DNA of 63,664 nucleotides from an uncultured Roseivirgaceae bacterium. Its GTDB lineage: Bacteria; Bacteroidota; Bacteroidia; Cytophagales; Cyclobacteriaceae. This document shows, piece after piece, positions 54,837 to 63,664 of the stretch. Where the stretch lies: the NCBI GenBank assembly GCA_964395765.1, contig CAYNCU010000001.1, positions 1-63,664 on the forward strand. Direction: 5' to 3'. Below the pieces are notes generated by a model. It was not told the origin of the DNA, did not search any database, and was given only the letters and a program-made list of their open reading frames with translations. The stretch's first letter is position 1; each line of letters starts with the position of its first letter. A program made the position numbers and the translations under genes.

Positions 54837-56363
54837 CTAATGTTTAAAATGGCGGAATCCCGTGAATACCATCGCCATATCATGGGCATCACAGTATTCG
54901 ATCGACTCCTTGTCCCTGACGGAACCTCCCGGTTGGATGACTGCTTTTATGCCCGCTTTATCGGCGATCTCAACACAATCCGGGAAGGGGAAGAAGGCAT
55001 CCGATGCCATGACCGATCCTTCCAGGGACATTCCGAAGGTTCCCGCTTTTTCAATCGCCTGCTTCAATGCATCCACTCTCGATGTCTGGCCGACACCGCT
55101 GGCGAGGAGTTGTCCTTTTCGTGCCAGGACTATCGTATTGGACTTCGTATGCTTACAAACTTTGCTGGCAAATAATAAAGCTTCTACTTCTTCCTGGCTT
55201 GCCTTGCGCCTGGTTACATATTTCAAATCATTTTCCCCATCGGTTTTGAGGTCCTTATCCTGTAACAGGTAACCATTCAGCAACGATTTCAATACAACCT
55301 TATCCGAAATCCTGCCGGTTTGTTTCAGCAGGATCCTGTTTTTTTTCGATTGAAGAACGGCGAGGGCATCCTCGTTATATTCCGGTGCCGCGATGATCTC
55401 AAAAAATAATTTATTGATTTCTTCGGCAGCCGGCAGATCGATAGCCCGGTTGGAGGCAAGCACGCCGCCGAATGCTGAAACGGTATCTGCAGCAAAAGCT
55501 TTGAGATAAGCTTCTTTTATAGTTGCTCCTGTAGCCATACCGCACGCATTGGTGTGCTTGATCACAGCAAAGGCCGGTTCCGAGTCAAATTCCTGGACCA
55601 GGTTTACAGCAGATTCAATATCGACCAGGTTATTATAGGAAAGTTCCTTGCCATGCAACTGAGTGAATATCGTTGAAAGGTCCCCGAAATATGTCCCCTG
55701 TTGATGCGGATTTTCGCCGTATCTTAATTTCATCCCGCGGTGTTCGCTCACCTTCAGTAATGGCATCTGGAAGTCTGTGTTGAAATAATTGAAAATGGCC
55801 ACATCATAGTCAGATGAAATGCTGAATGCTTTGGCGGCAAATTGTTTCCTGTCTTCCAGGTCGCTATGACCCTCTTTGGAAGCCAGCAGGTCGAGCAGGT
55901 CCTGGTACTGGTCGCGGGAAGAAACGACCAGCACATCGTTGAAATTTTTTGCGGCGGCACGGATCAGTGCAATACCGCCGATATCGATTTTTTCTATGAT
56001 ATCCTGTTCGGATTTTCCGGAGGCTACGGTTTCCTTGAAAGGATAGAGGTCAACGATGACCAGGTCGACGAGTGGAATTTCATATTTTGACACTTCCTCC
56101 TGGTCTCCTTTATTTTCGTTGCGTGCCAGAATTCCTCCAAAAACCTTCGGATGAAGGGTTTTCACTCTTCCTCCGAGGATGGAAGGATAACCTGTTAGGT
56201 CCTCTACGGCGGTAGCTTTTACCCCTTGTTTCTTAATAAAATCAAATGTTCCTCCCGTTGAAAAAATTTTAACCCCGTTTTTATCCAGGGTACGTACGAT
56301 CTCGTCCAGTTTGTCTTTATGGTAAACAGATACAAGTGCGGTCTTAATTTTCTTTCGTGACAT
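54837..56363 (-). CDS. purH: Bifunctional AICAR transformylase / IMP cyclohydrolase
   Basis: 508 aa with an ALVSVYHKDKL MGS-like N-terminus and a C-terminus ending FRHF(K)H. Confidence 0.95.
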   Translation of the reverse strand: MSRKKIKTALVSVYHKDKLDEIVRTLDKNGVKIFSTGGTFDFIKKQGVKATAVEDLTGYPSILGGRVKTLHPKVFGGILARNENKGDQEEVSKYEIPLVDLVIVDLYPFKETVASGKSEQDIIEKIDIGGIALIRAAAKNFNDVLVVSSRDQYQDLLDLLASKEGHSDLEDRKQFAAKAFSISSDYDVAIFNYFNTDFQMPLLKVSEHRGMKLRYGENPHQQGTYFGDLSTIFTQLHGKELSYNNLVDIESAVNLVQEFDSEPAFAVIKHTNACGMATGATIKEAYLKAFAADTVSAFGGVLASNRAIDLPAAEEINKLFFEIIAAPEYNEDALAVLQSKKNRILLKQTGRISDKVVLKSLLNGYLLQDKDLKTDGENDLKYVTRRKASQEEVEALLFASKVCKHTKSNTIVLARKGQLLASGVGQTSRVDALKQAIEKAGTFGMSLEGSVMASDAFFPFPDCVEIADKAGIKAVIQPGGSVRDKESIEYCDAHDMAMVFTGFRHFKH

Positions 56364-56395
56364 AATAAAAATTTGAGTTGGGCAAAACTAAATTA

Positions 56396-56986
56396 TTATT
56401 TTGTGTTTAGTAAGATTTTTTCGATTACTCTCGGGTAATGATAATATTCCAGTTCGTGTATCCTGTTCGCGAGATCATCGGCCGTATCGATCGGAAGGAC
56501 TTTACATTTTTCCTGTAAAATAATTTCGCCCTTATCATAATGCTCATTCACCCAATGGATAGTGATCCCGGATTCGCGGTCACCGGATTTTATCACGGCC
56601 TCATGCACGAAATGCCCGTACATTCCTTTACCACCGTAGCCGGGCAGGAGGGCAGGATGTATATTAATAATTTTTCCGGCGAAGGCGTGAATAAGATCGT
56701 CCGGGATGAGCCATAAAAACCCGGCAAGCACAACCAGGTCGATGTCCATTTTCTTGAGCTGTGCCGGAATTTCTCCGGTATTATAAAATGTGTTGCGATC
56801 GAAGATGCGGTATTGCACGTTCATTTGCCGGGCGCGGTCAATTACATATGCATTTTTATTATTGGTGAGGATAATCTCCACGCGCGCCAGGTTCCCGGAA
56901 TTAAAATAACGGATAATATTTTCCGCATTCGTACCGCTGCCGGAAGCGAAAATTGCAATTTTTTTTAACGAAGCCAGGGGAGCCAT
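56396..56986 (-). CDS. purN: Phosphoribosylglycinamide formyltransferase
   Basis: 196 aa with IAIFASGSGTNAE and NIHPALLP motifs. Confidence 0.9.
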   Translation of the reverse strand: MAPLASLKKIAIFASGSGTNAENIIRYFNSGNLARVEIILTNNKNAYVIDRARQMNVQYRIFDRNTFYNTGEIPAQLKKMDIDLVVLAGFLWLIPDDLIHAFAGKIINIHPALLPGYGGKGMYGHFVHEAVIKSGDRESGITIHWVNEHYDKGEIILQEKCKVLPIDTADDLANRIHELEYYHYPRVIEKILLNTK

Positions 56987-56987
56987 T

Positions 56988-57869
56988 TCAGTATAATTTA
57001 AAAAAAACCATGCTGCCGATGCCTAATACCATGATGATCTTTGCCATTCTGCTTAAATCCGAAAATTCCTTCTTCGTATCGGCTATGACCAGTTTCCAGA
57101 CAAACCAGATCATCGGCAACGTAAGGAATACGAGGTAAAAGTTAAGCATTAATATTTTATAGGGCCGGATTATGATGAAGAACATTACGGCAAAGATTAA
57201 AATCAAGGATAAAATGAAAATTTTTGTCTTCCGGATACCCCACAGGATAGGAATTGTTTTACATCCGAAAGTCTGGTCGCCTTTCAGATCTTCGGTATCC
57301 TTGATCACTTCCCGGATCATCGTGCTAAAGAATCCGAAAAGGGCATAGGCCAGCACCAGGCTGTTATTATGTTTGTAATAGAGTGAAACGATAAAAATGC
57401 TTAGCCCTGTAAGAAGGGCTACCGTGAAATTCCCGAGAAATGGCAATCTTTTCAGCAGGTTGGAGTACAACCAAAGCAAAAAGGCGGCAAAAAAACAGGC
57501 GGCACCGATTTTCCAGTGCGCTAACGTACCGGTAACAATCCCACAAAAGGTAATAAACAGGTGGGCAAACAAGGCGGTCCTTCTTTTCAGACCTTTTCCG
57601 ACAATCACGCGGTCGGGTTTATTCAGGTAGTCAATCTTTATATCGTAATAATCATTGATGATATAACCTCCTGCTGCCACCATTACCGTGCCGAGGCAGA
57701 GGAGAAAGAAATATGGATCCCTTAAAACATGACGCGCGGTAAGATCGCCTTCGGCAAGAAAGATGGCCGCAAAATATTGCGTGACGAATATGATCAGCAA
57801 GTTCGGCCACCTGGCTAAACGGAAAGCAAGCCATACTTTATTCCCAATTGAAAAATCCGACTCTGGCAT
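56988..57869 (-). CDS. UbiA family prenyltransferase, resembling digeranylgeranylglyceryl-phosphate-synthase-like proteins of the FCB group
   Basis: 293 aa with about 8 TM helices. First Asp-rich motif is INDYYDIKIDYLNKPDR. Confidence 0.6.
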   Translation of the reverse strand: MPESDFSIGNKVWLAFRLARWPNLLIIFVTQYFAAIFLAEGDLTARHVLRDPYFFLLCLGTVMVAAGGYIINDYYDIKIDYLNKPDRVIVGKGLKRRTALFAHLFITFCGIVTGTLAHWKIGAACFFAAFLLWLYSNLLKRLPFLGNFTVALLTGLSIFIVSLYYKHNNSLVLAYALFGFFSTMIREVIKDTEDLKGDQTFGCKTIPILWGIRKTKIFILSLILIFAVMFFIIIRPYKILMLNFYLVFLTLPMIWFVWKLVIADTKKEFSDLSRMAKIIMVLGIGSMVFFKLY

Positions 57870-57891
57870 AACCGGTCCGGTTTAAGATTTA

Positions 57892-58407
57892 TTATTGACC
57901 CAGTAATTTCCTGTAAATCTTAAAAGACTCACTGTCGAAACAAACAAAAATTACTTTTTCTATTTCCTTATTCCCGGAAAGAAAATCCTTTACGGTTTTT
58001 ATTGCTGTTTCCGCCGCCTCTTTTTTAGGATAACCATAAATGCCCGTACTGATATTCGGAAAGGCGACGCTTTTCAGGCCGTTTTCCACCACCCGCTTAA
58101 GGCTGTTCCGGTAGGCATTGGCCAGGAGATGCTCTTCCTTCCCTGATCCTCCGTTCCACACTGGGCCAACCGTATGAATTACTTTTTTTGCCTTCAATTT
58201 ACCTGCGGTTGTGACCACGGCTTCGCCGGTAGGACAACCTCCTTTTTCCTGCCGGATCCGGTCGCATTCAGCCATGATCGAAGGACCGCCGGCTCTGTGG
58301 ATAGCGCCGTCCACACCTCCCCCACCGGCCAGCCTCGAATTGGCCGCATTGACAATGGCGTCAACTTTTATCGTGGTTATGTCTCCAAGAATAACTTCGA
58401 TATTCAC
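57892..58407 (-). CDS. Macro domain protein (O-acetyl-ADP-ribose deacetylase, YmdB-like)
   Basis: 171 aa with GDIT...[18 protein letters not shown] and [12 protein letters not shown] motifs. Confidence 0.85.
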   Translation of the reverse strand: MNIEVILGDITTIKVDAIVNAANSRLAGGGGVDGAIHRAGGPSIMAECDRIRQEKGGCPTGEAVVTTAGKLKAKKVIHTVGPVWNGGSGKEEHLLANAYRNSLKRVVENGLKSVAFPNISTGIYGYPKKEAAETAIKTVKDFLSGNKEIEKVIFVCFDSESFKIYRKLLGQ

Positions 58408-58549
58408 TTATTTAATGGTTAGTTAGCTTTATAGATCTTAAATCGAATATTGCGAATCAGAATTCACGAATCCTATCATTCATCGATTACTGATTATTGA
58501 CCCCGAATTTTAATTCAAAAACAACAAGATCATAAATAATACCAACCGT

Positions 58550-59338
58550 TTAAATTTTATTATACGATGTAATAATACCCTTGATCAGCGACGAGCTGAA
58601 TCCCTGGTGTTCCATTTCATTCAGTCCTGCGATGGTGCAGCCCATGGGCGTAGTAACCTTATCAATTTCCTTTTCCGGGTGTTCCTTCCCCTCGAACAGC
58701 AAGCCGGCGGCTCCCCGCACCGTTTGGGCAGCCACCAACTGGGCGGTAACGGAGTCAAAGCCGATCTCTATTCCTCCCTGGGAAGCCGCACGGATAAAGC
58801 GCAGGGCATAGGCGATTCCGCAGGCCGCCAGGACGGTGGCCGCATCCATCAATTCTTCTTCGATCTTAATGGTCTTACCCAACAGATCGAAAATGGAAAA
58901 AACCAGCTTGAGATGATCGTCATGGTTGAATTTACCGGCAATGCAGGTCATGGATTCCCGAATGGCAATGGCTGTGTTGGGCATGGCACGGAAAACAGTG
59001 ACTCCCTCGCCGGTGATTTCCTGGATCTGGTCGATTTTAATGCCGGTAACCACGGACACTATAATATGGTCCCTTCGGATTTTATCTTTTATCCCCTTTA
59101 AAACCTCGATGGTCTGATGCGGTTTGACGGCAAGGATCACCACCTCACCGAATTCAGCAACTTTATTATTATCCGTTTCTGTGCGGATCCCGAGGCTTTT
59201 CAGATCTTCAATCAGGTGAGCTTTCCTGCGGCTCACCATAATATTACCCGCATCGATCTTACCGCTTTTTATCAGTCCCATGGCTATGGACCGCCCGAGA
59301 TTGCCGCCCCCGATTATTCCGATTTTCTGACCTGGCAT
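58550..59338 (-). CDS. proC: Pyrroline-5-carboxylate reductase
   Basis: 262 aa with IGIIGGGNLG Rossmann fold and a C-terminal dimerisation-domain pattern (VTTPMGCTIAGL). Confidence 0.85.
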   Translation of the reverse strand: MPGQKIGIIGGGNLGRSIAMGLIKSGKIDAGNIMVSRRKAHLIEDLKSLGIRTETDNNKVAEFGEVVILAVKPHQTIEVLKGIKDKIRRDHIIVSVVTGIKIDQIQEITGEGVTVFRAMPNTAIAIRESMTCIAGKFNHDDHLKLVFSIFDLLGKTIKIEEELMDAATVLAACGIAYALRFIRAASQGGIEIGFDSVTAQLVAAQTVRGAAGLLFEGKEHPEKEIDKVTTPMGCTIAGLNEMEHQGFSSSLIKGIITSYNKI

Positions 59339-59459
59339 TGTATTTTATTTTATGGATTGAAAATGATTATTTATGCAAATAAACGCAAAATCATATTTCT
59401 TTGTAATACCGGAAAGCAGAACAAGCACTATTCTATCGTTATAATTTCAAATTATTGAT

Positions 59460-60509
59460 TTGAAAAAGAAGGTCTATCTCATTGTTTTGGTGGTATCGCT
59501 CATTTGCTACCTGTCCGTGTTTATACCCCCCCGGTACTTGTGGATTGCCGGTTTCATCACTTACCTGATCCCTTTTGTTCTTCTTTTCAACCTTTTCCTT
59601 TTGATCCGTGACCTGAAAAATTTCAAGCTTTCTTTCTTACTTCCGCTCGGGATATTACTGGCCGGCTGGGGATTTATCATCGATACTTTTCATTATTCGC
59701 GACAGCTGAAAGAGGGAACGATTAAGGTTATGAGTTATAATACCCGGGTATTTGATATTTACGATCCTTCGAAGGTGGATGCGGGAGTTCCCGGGAAAAT
59801 GACCTCCTGGATACGGAATATGAACGCCGACATTATCTGCCTGCAGGAATTTTATACCGAGCCCGACCCTTCACGGAATAATACCGTTCGGATGATCAAT
59901 GCCGGTAATGATTACCAGGTTTTCGACATCCCGGTTTTTGTGAACCGGATCGGCGCCAAATTCGGTGCGGTTATCTTCAGCCGTTACCCGATCATCAACA
60001 GCGGCCGTATCCGCTTCAGCGGCAATACGCAAAACCAGGCTATCTTCGCGGATGTAATTATCGATCACGATACGGTGAGGATCTACAACCTTCACCTTCA
60101 GTCGATGCACATTGATGAAAAGGAATTGATCAATTACGACGGCCATATGGAAGAAGATGTGAAGGACCTTTTCGGCCGTTTGAAAATCGGTTTTATCAAA
60201 CGCTCGGTCCAGATCAATACCGTCAAGGAGAATATTCTGCATTGCCCCTACCGCGTGATTGTCTGCGGCGATTTTAATGACCTGCCTTACAGTTATGCTT
60301 ATCACCAGCTTAAGGATATCCTGAACAACTCCTTCACCTCCACCGGCAAGGGTTTTGGCTTTACGTACAATGGCAAGCTTCCTTTCCTGCGGATTGACAA
60401 CCAGTTTTACAGTGACGGCATTAAAGCCCGCACGTTGCAAACGGTAAGGAGCATGAAATATTCCGATCATTTCCCGCTGATCGGAACGTATGACCTGGTT
60501 AAAAAATAA
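59460..60509 (+). CDS. Membrane-anchored endonuclease/exonuclease/phosphatase (EEP) family protein
   Basis: 349 aa with three N-terminal TM helices, then EEP motifs (ICLQE, GDFND, SDHFPL). TTG start. Confidence 0.75.
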   Translation: MKKKVYLIVLVVSLICYLSVFIPPRYLWIAGFITYLIPFVLLFNLFLLIRDLKNFKLSFLLPLGILLAGWGFIIDTFHYSRQLKEGTIKVMSYNTRVFDIYDPSKVDAGVPGKMTSWIRNMNADIICLQEFYTEPDPSRNNTVRMINAGNDYQVFDIPVFVNRIGAKFGAVIFSRYPIINSGRIRFSGNTQNQAIFADVIIDHDTVRIYNLHLQSMHIDEKELINYDGHMEEDVKDLFGRLKIGFIKRSVQINTVKENILHCPYRVIVCGDFNDLPYSYAYHQLKDILNNSFTSTGKGFGFTYNGKLPFLRIDNQFYSDGIKARTLQTVRSMKYSDHFPLIGTYDLVKK

Positions 60510-60513
60510 AATA

Positions 60514-60620
60514 TTAACCGCAAAGCTCGCCGCGAGCGCAAAGAATTCGGAAAGTTTCTATTACTGAAAATTTTAATCGATTCCAAAACTCTGCGATCAT
60601 GGCGTCCCTTGTGGTAAAAA
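60514..60620. repeat. Imperfect inverted-repeat element of the CGCAAAG word family
   Basis: The left arm TTAACCGCAAAGCTCGCCGCGAGCGCAAAG matches the reverse complement of the right arm (TTTACCACAAGGGACGCCATGATCGCAGAG) at 21/30 positions. The arms flank an AT-rich centre of about 46 nt. Confidence 0.6.
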
Positions 60621-60654
60621 TTCTACGCATTAGAAAAAAATTCATTAAATATGT

Positions 60655-61737
60655 ATGAATTACCTTTGCAGAATGTCCCAGTCATTGAAAACCGACATCC
60701 GCTCATTGTCCCTCGATCAGCTGAAGGAGGAGTTTGAAAAACTCGGGGAGCGACCGTTCCGGGCCACCCAGGTACGCGAATGGTTATGGAAAAAATCGGT
60801 GACGGATTTCGGGCAGATGACCAACCTTTCCACTTCACTCAGGCAAAAACTCTGTGATCGTTTCATTATCCTTCCAGCCGGGCGGACGGTAACCCAGGTA
60901 AGTGCTGACGGTACTATTAAAGCCGGCTTCCACCTGCACGATGACAACATCATTGAAAGTGTTCTCATCCCGAAAGAAAAACGGATGACGGTCTGTATTT
61001 CTTCTCAAGTCGGCTGTTCACTGGCTTGTAAATTCTGTGCCACGGGATACCTGGAAAGGAAACGTAACCTTGATCCCGGTGAAATCTACGACCAGGTTGT
61101 ACAGATGAACCGCCTTGCCGTTGAGAAATACGAACGGCCGATTACCAATATTGTATTCATGGGAATGGGGGAACCGTTGCTTAATTACAATAATGTATTA
61201 AAAGCCTCGGAAATGCTCACCTCTGAGGATGGCTTGAACTATGCTTCCAAAAGGATCACCCTGTCCACTGCCGGCATCTCCAAAATGATCAGAAAACTTG
61301 CCGATGACAAGGTAAAATTCAAGTTGGCTCTTTCCCTTCATGCCGCCAATGATGAAAAGAGGAGCAGGATCATGCCGATCAACGATAGTAATTCCCTATC
61401 CTCGCTGGGAGAAGCACTGGAATATTTTTACGTCGCCACAAAGAATAAGATCACTTTTGAATATATTATTTTCAAAGACTTTAACGACTCGCCGGAGGAC
61501 GCGAATGAGTTGTACCTTTTTACGCGCCATGTTCCATGCAAGGTAAACGTCATTGAATACAACCCGATCGATGAAGTGGAATTCCGAAATGCAACACCCG
61601 AAAAAGTAAAGCTGTTTTCTGAATACCTGCGGGAAAAGGGTGTGAATGTAAAGGTCAGGAACAGCCGCGGCAAGGATATCGATGCGGCCTGCGGGCAACT
61701 GGCGAACCGGAAGAGAGCAGGCGGTTCTGAATTATAA
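60655..61737 (+). CDS. rlmN: 23S rRNA / tRNA (adenine-C2)-methyltransferase RlmN (radical SAM)
   Basis: 360 aa with CxxxCxxC (GCSLACKFCATG) and C-terminal GKDIDAACGQL. An alternative start lies at 60673 (MSQSLK). Confidence 0.9.
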   Translation: MNYLCRMSQSLKTDIRSLSLDQLKEEFEKLGERPFRATQVREWLWKKSVTDFGQMTNLSTSLRQKLCDRFIILPAGRTVTQVSADGTIKAGFHLHDDNIIESVLIPKEKRMTVCISSQVGCSLACKFCATGYLERKRNLDPGEIYDQVVQMNRLAVEKYERPITNIVFMGMGEPLLNYNNVLKASEMLTSEDGLNYASKRITLSTAGISKMIRKLADDKVKFKLALSLHAANDEKRSRIMPINDSNSLSSLGEALEYFYVATKNKITFEYIIFKDFNDSPEDANELYLFTRHVPCKVNVIEYNPIDEVEFRNATPEKVKLFSEYLREKGVNVKVRNSRGKDIDAACGQLANRKRAGGSEL

Positions 61738-61800
61738 CGGCAAAGGTTATTTTTGTATGTCGTCTTTTAGGGATCAATAGTACAAAGCCTAAACCTAGCA

Positions 61801-62589
61801 ATGGTCAGTATCCAAAAACTCAATAGCATCAATTATTTTCATCCCAGGAGAGTAAAAAAATACCTTTTGATCTGGTGCAGTCTGGGAACTGTAACCATAC
61901 AGGTTGACGATAAAGTACTAAAAGTGAATAAAAACGAAGTTCTTACCATTACCTCCGGGCAATATCATTGTTTTAAGAATATTAAAAATTCGAAAGGTTA
62001 CTTACTGGATTTCACGCTTGATTTTGTATGCAAGAATGACAATGATATTGAACTTATTTTCCAGAACAGCCTGTTCTGTCATTTCGATTATAATGAGATC
62101 ATCCCCGTGGCCGATCCGGCGCCTATTGAATATCACCTCGAGAAAATAGAAGAGGAATTACATGCCAGACCTTTTCAATATCTTACTTCCATCCTGTCAC
62201 GGATTGAATTATTGCTGGTTGAAATAAACCGATCAAAGATTGCCGGGGGCGGCGAGATATGGAAGCCTAAGGCCCTGTTCCTTCAATTCCTTGAATTCGT
62301 GCGAAACAATTTTGACCGTAACTATTCACTCGCCGAAATTGCCAACAGGCTGCAAACCACGGAGCTCAAGCTGAACGAGCTTGCAAAAATACATGCCGGC
62401 AAAACCGCCCAGCAGGTTATTTACGGACTGATAATTTCAGAGGCGAAGCGTATTCTTCAATACGAAAATTTACTCATGAAAGAAACTGCTTTTAAGCTTG
62501 GATTTGATGATCCGTTTTATTTCTCGAAATTTTTTAAAAATCATACTGGCATTTCCCCACTTGATTATCAAAAATCGCTCAAGTCCTGA
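61801..62589 (+). CDS. AraC family transcriptional regulator
   Basis: 262 aa with a cupin-like N-terminus and a double HTH C-terminus (GFDDPFYFSKFFKNHTGISPLDY). Confidence 0.8.
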   Translation: MVSIQKLNSINYFHPRRVKKYLLIWCSLGTVTIQVDDKVLKVNKNEVLTITSGQYHCFKNIKNSKGYLLDFTLDFVCKNDNDIELIFQNSLFCHFDYNEIIPVADPAPIEYHLEKIEEELHARPFQYLTSILSRIELLLVEINRSKIAGGGEIWKPKALFLQFLEFVRNNFDRNYSLAEIANRLQTTELKLNELAKIHAGKTAQQVIYGLIISEAKRILQYENLLMKETAFKLGFDDPFYFSKFFKNHTGISPLDYQKSLKS

Positions 62590-62750
62590 ATATTCCATGC
62601 TTTACTCAGAATTTTCCATTCCCTGATAGCACTATGTGTTACAATTTTGTGTTTCGGTTTACCGAAGATTGATTCATAACCTCCTGAGGAAAATGGGTCT
62701 GAAACATATCCGAATAAAAACGGAATTATTAAAATTCAAATTGAATTAAA

Positions 62751-63359
62751 ATGGAAAATCAATTACCGCTAATCGGCATACTGGTATTCGACGGCGTTCT
62801 GATTAATGAAGTGACGGCACCAATTGATGTATTTACGAAAACTGGAGCGAACGGCCAGAAATTATTTAATGTAATCCTGGTGGGGAAAGCTGAAAGAATC
62901 TGTAAAAGTGAAGAAGGTATACGTTTTCTTCCGGATAAAAATATTGAAAACTGCCCTGACCTGCACGTACTGATTGTGCCAGGATCCAGTCAACCGTATA
63001 AACAGATACAGGATAAGGAATTAATGCAATTTATCCGGAAGCAAAATGAAAAAACCGCCTATACAGCCAGTCATTGCGCCGGAGCTTTTTTTCTCGGTGA
63101 AGCTGGAATTGCCGATTACCGGCAGGTTGTAACTTACTGTGGCGGCCAGGAACAATTGAAACACGATTATCCTAAACTTGTCGTTCGTGACGACGCTATC
63201 CATTCCGTGGTATGTGACGGAAAAATCATTTCATCGAACGGAAATCTGGTCAGTTATCTGGCTTCCCTGGAATTGCTGGAAAAAATGAGCAGCAAGGAAC
63301 AGAGAAACAGGGTTGAGAATGAATTATTGATCAACAAACTATTTGAAAAAGTCGATTAA
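62751..63359 (+). CDS. DJ-1/PfpI family protein (class I glutamine amidotransferase-like fold)
   Basis: 202 aa with nucleophile-elbow Cys in TASHCAGAFFLGEAG. Confidence 0.75.
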   Translation: MENQLPLIGILVFDGVLINEVTAPIDVFTKTGANGQKLFNVILVGKAERICKSEEGIRFLPDKNIENCPDLHVLIVPGSSQPYKQIQDKELMQFIRKQNEKTAYTASHCAGAFFLGEAGIADYRQVVTYCGGQEQLKHDYPKLVVRDDAIHSVVCDGKIISSNGNLVSYLASLELLEKMSSKEQRNRVENELLINKLFEKVD

Positions 63360-63393
63360 ATATTACTTTATTCACGCCTTAATATTATTTATA

Positions 63394-63664
63394 ATGAAAA
63401 AAATTGATGCAGAAACAAACATTTTAACATGGTTTGAAATTCCCGTTATTGATTCGGCAAGGGCAAAAAAATTTTATGAAACGATCCTTGATATTCAGAT
63501 GCAAACGGTTTTCATGGAAGAAACCGGGGAGGAATTAACATTTTTCCCATTCAATCCTGGAGTAATCCAGGCCACGTCAGGGCGTGTGACCGGAGTACTG
63601 GCAAAATCCATTAGATCTAAACCGTCGACCGGCGGAACCAGGGTGTACATTAATGCCAGCCCTG
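63394..63664 (+). CDS. VOC (glyoxalase/bleomycin-resistance fold) family protein, 3'-truncated by the window edge
   Basis: An open frame from ATG 63394 runs to the edge (MKKIDAETNILTWFEIPVIDSARAKKFYETILDIQM...). The WFEIPV..D..RA..FY pattern is typical of VOC proteins. Confidence 0.55.
   Translation, partial: MKKIDAETNILTWFEIPVIDSARAKKFYETILDIQMQTVFMEETGEELTFFPFNPGVIQATSGRVTGVLAKSIRSKPSTGGTRVYINASP

Noticed and set aside
1-63664. Search for defence systems, toxin-antitoxin pairs, prophage or transposon remnants, DGR or retron elements, rRNA and tRNA
   Set aside because: No nuclease, ATPase or reverse-transcriptase gene, integrase, transposase, phage structural gene or tRNA-like sequence was recognisable in any frame. 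The window appears to be core chromosome with a modest accessory block at about 29-39 kb.

Overview
This 63.7 kb window looks like a chromosomal segment of a Bacteroidota-type genome. The evidence is T9SS genes (porU, porV, a PorZ-like propeller protein), TonB-dependent and OmpA-family outer-membrane proteins, and almost no Shine-Dalgarno sequences. Gene content is mostly housekeeping and densely packed. It includes the operon MBL hydrolase-pssA-porU-porV-M16 homolog, a large TolB/Omp85-like fusion protein and two OmpA-family proteins. A thiamine-salvage locus carries two nearly identical TPP riboswitches, followed by a System I cytochrome c maturation operon (ccmBCDEF, with a CxxxY-type CcmE) and a DUF3179 gene. 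An all-minus-strand block of stress or uncharacterised genes follows: SDR, SRPBCC-VOC fusion, ArsR, DUF2892, CPBP protease, Gfo/Idh/MocA, DUF4386, lipase-maturation-factor-like. The rest comprises gltP-like, aroC, a BatD-like gene, recO, porZ-like, tdk, purH, mreBCD-mrdA-rodA, purN, a UbiA prenyltransferase, a macro-domain gene, proC, rlmN, and AraC, DJ-1 and VOC genes. I found no rRNA, tRNA, CRISPR array, transposase, integrase or recognisable defence system. I cannot point to a clear-cut new multi-gene system. The observations most worth follow-up are: (1) a TPP-riboswitch-controlled PnuC-family transporter paired with a NadR-type P-loop kinase; (2) a 340-bp tandem array of hairpin repeats, plus a distant single copy with a compensatory stem change; (3) a dispersed family of GC-rich word repeats (CGCAAAG / CGCAGAT) confined to intergenic DNA, two copies of which bracket an orphan acidic ORF that has an atypical canonical SD; (4) the ccm operon with no ccmA, ccmG or ccmH in the window, linked to DUF3179. 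All protein calls rest on motif and family recognition by eye from the supplied translations. No database search was run.
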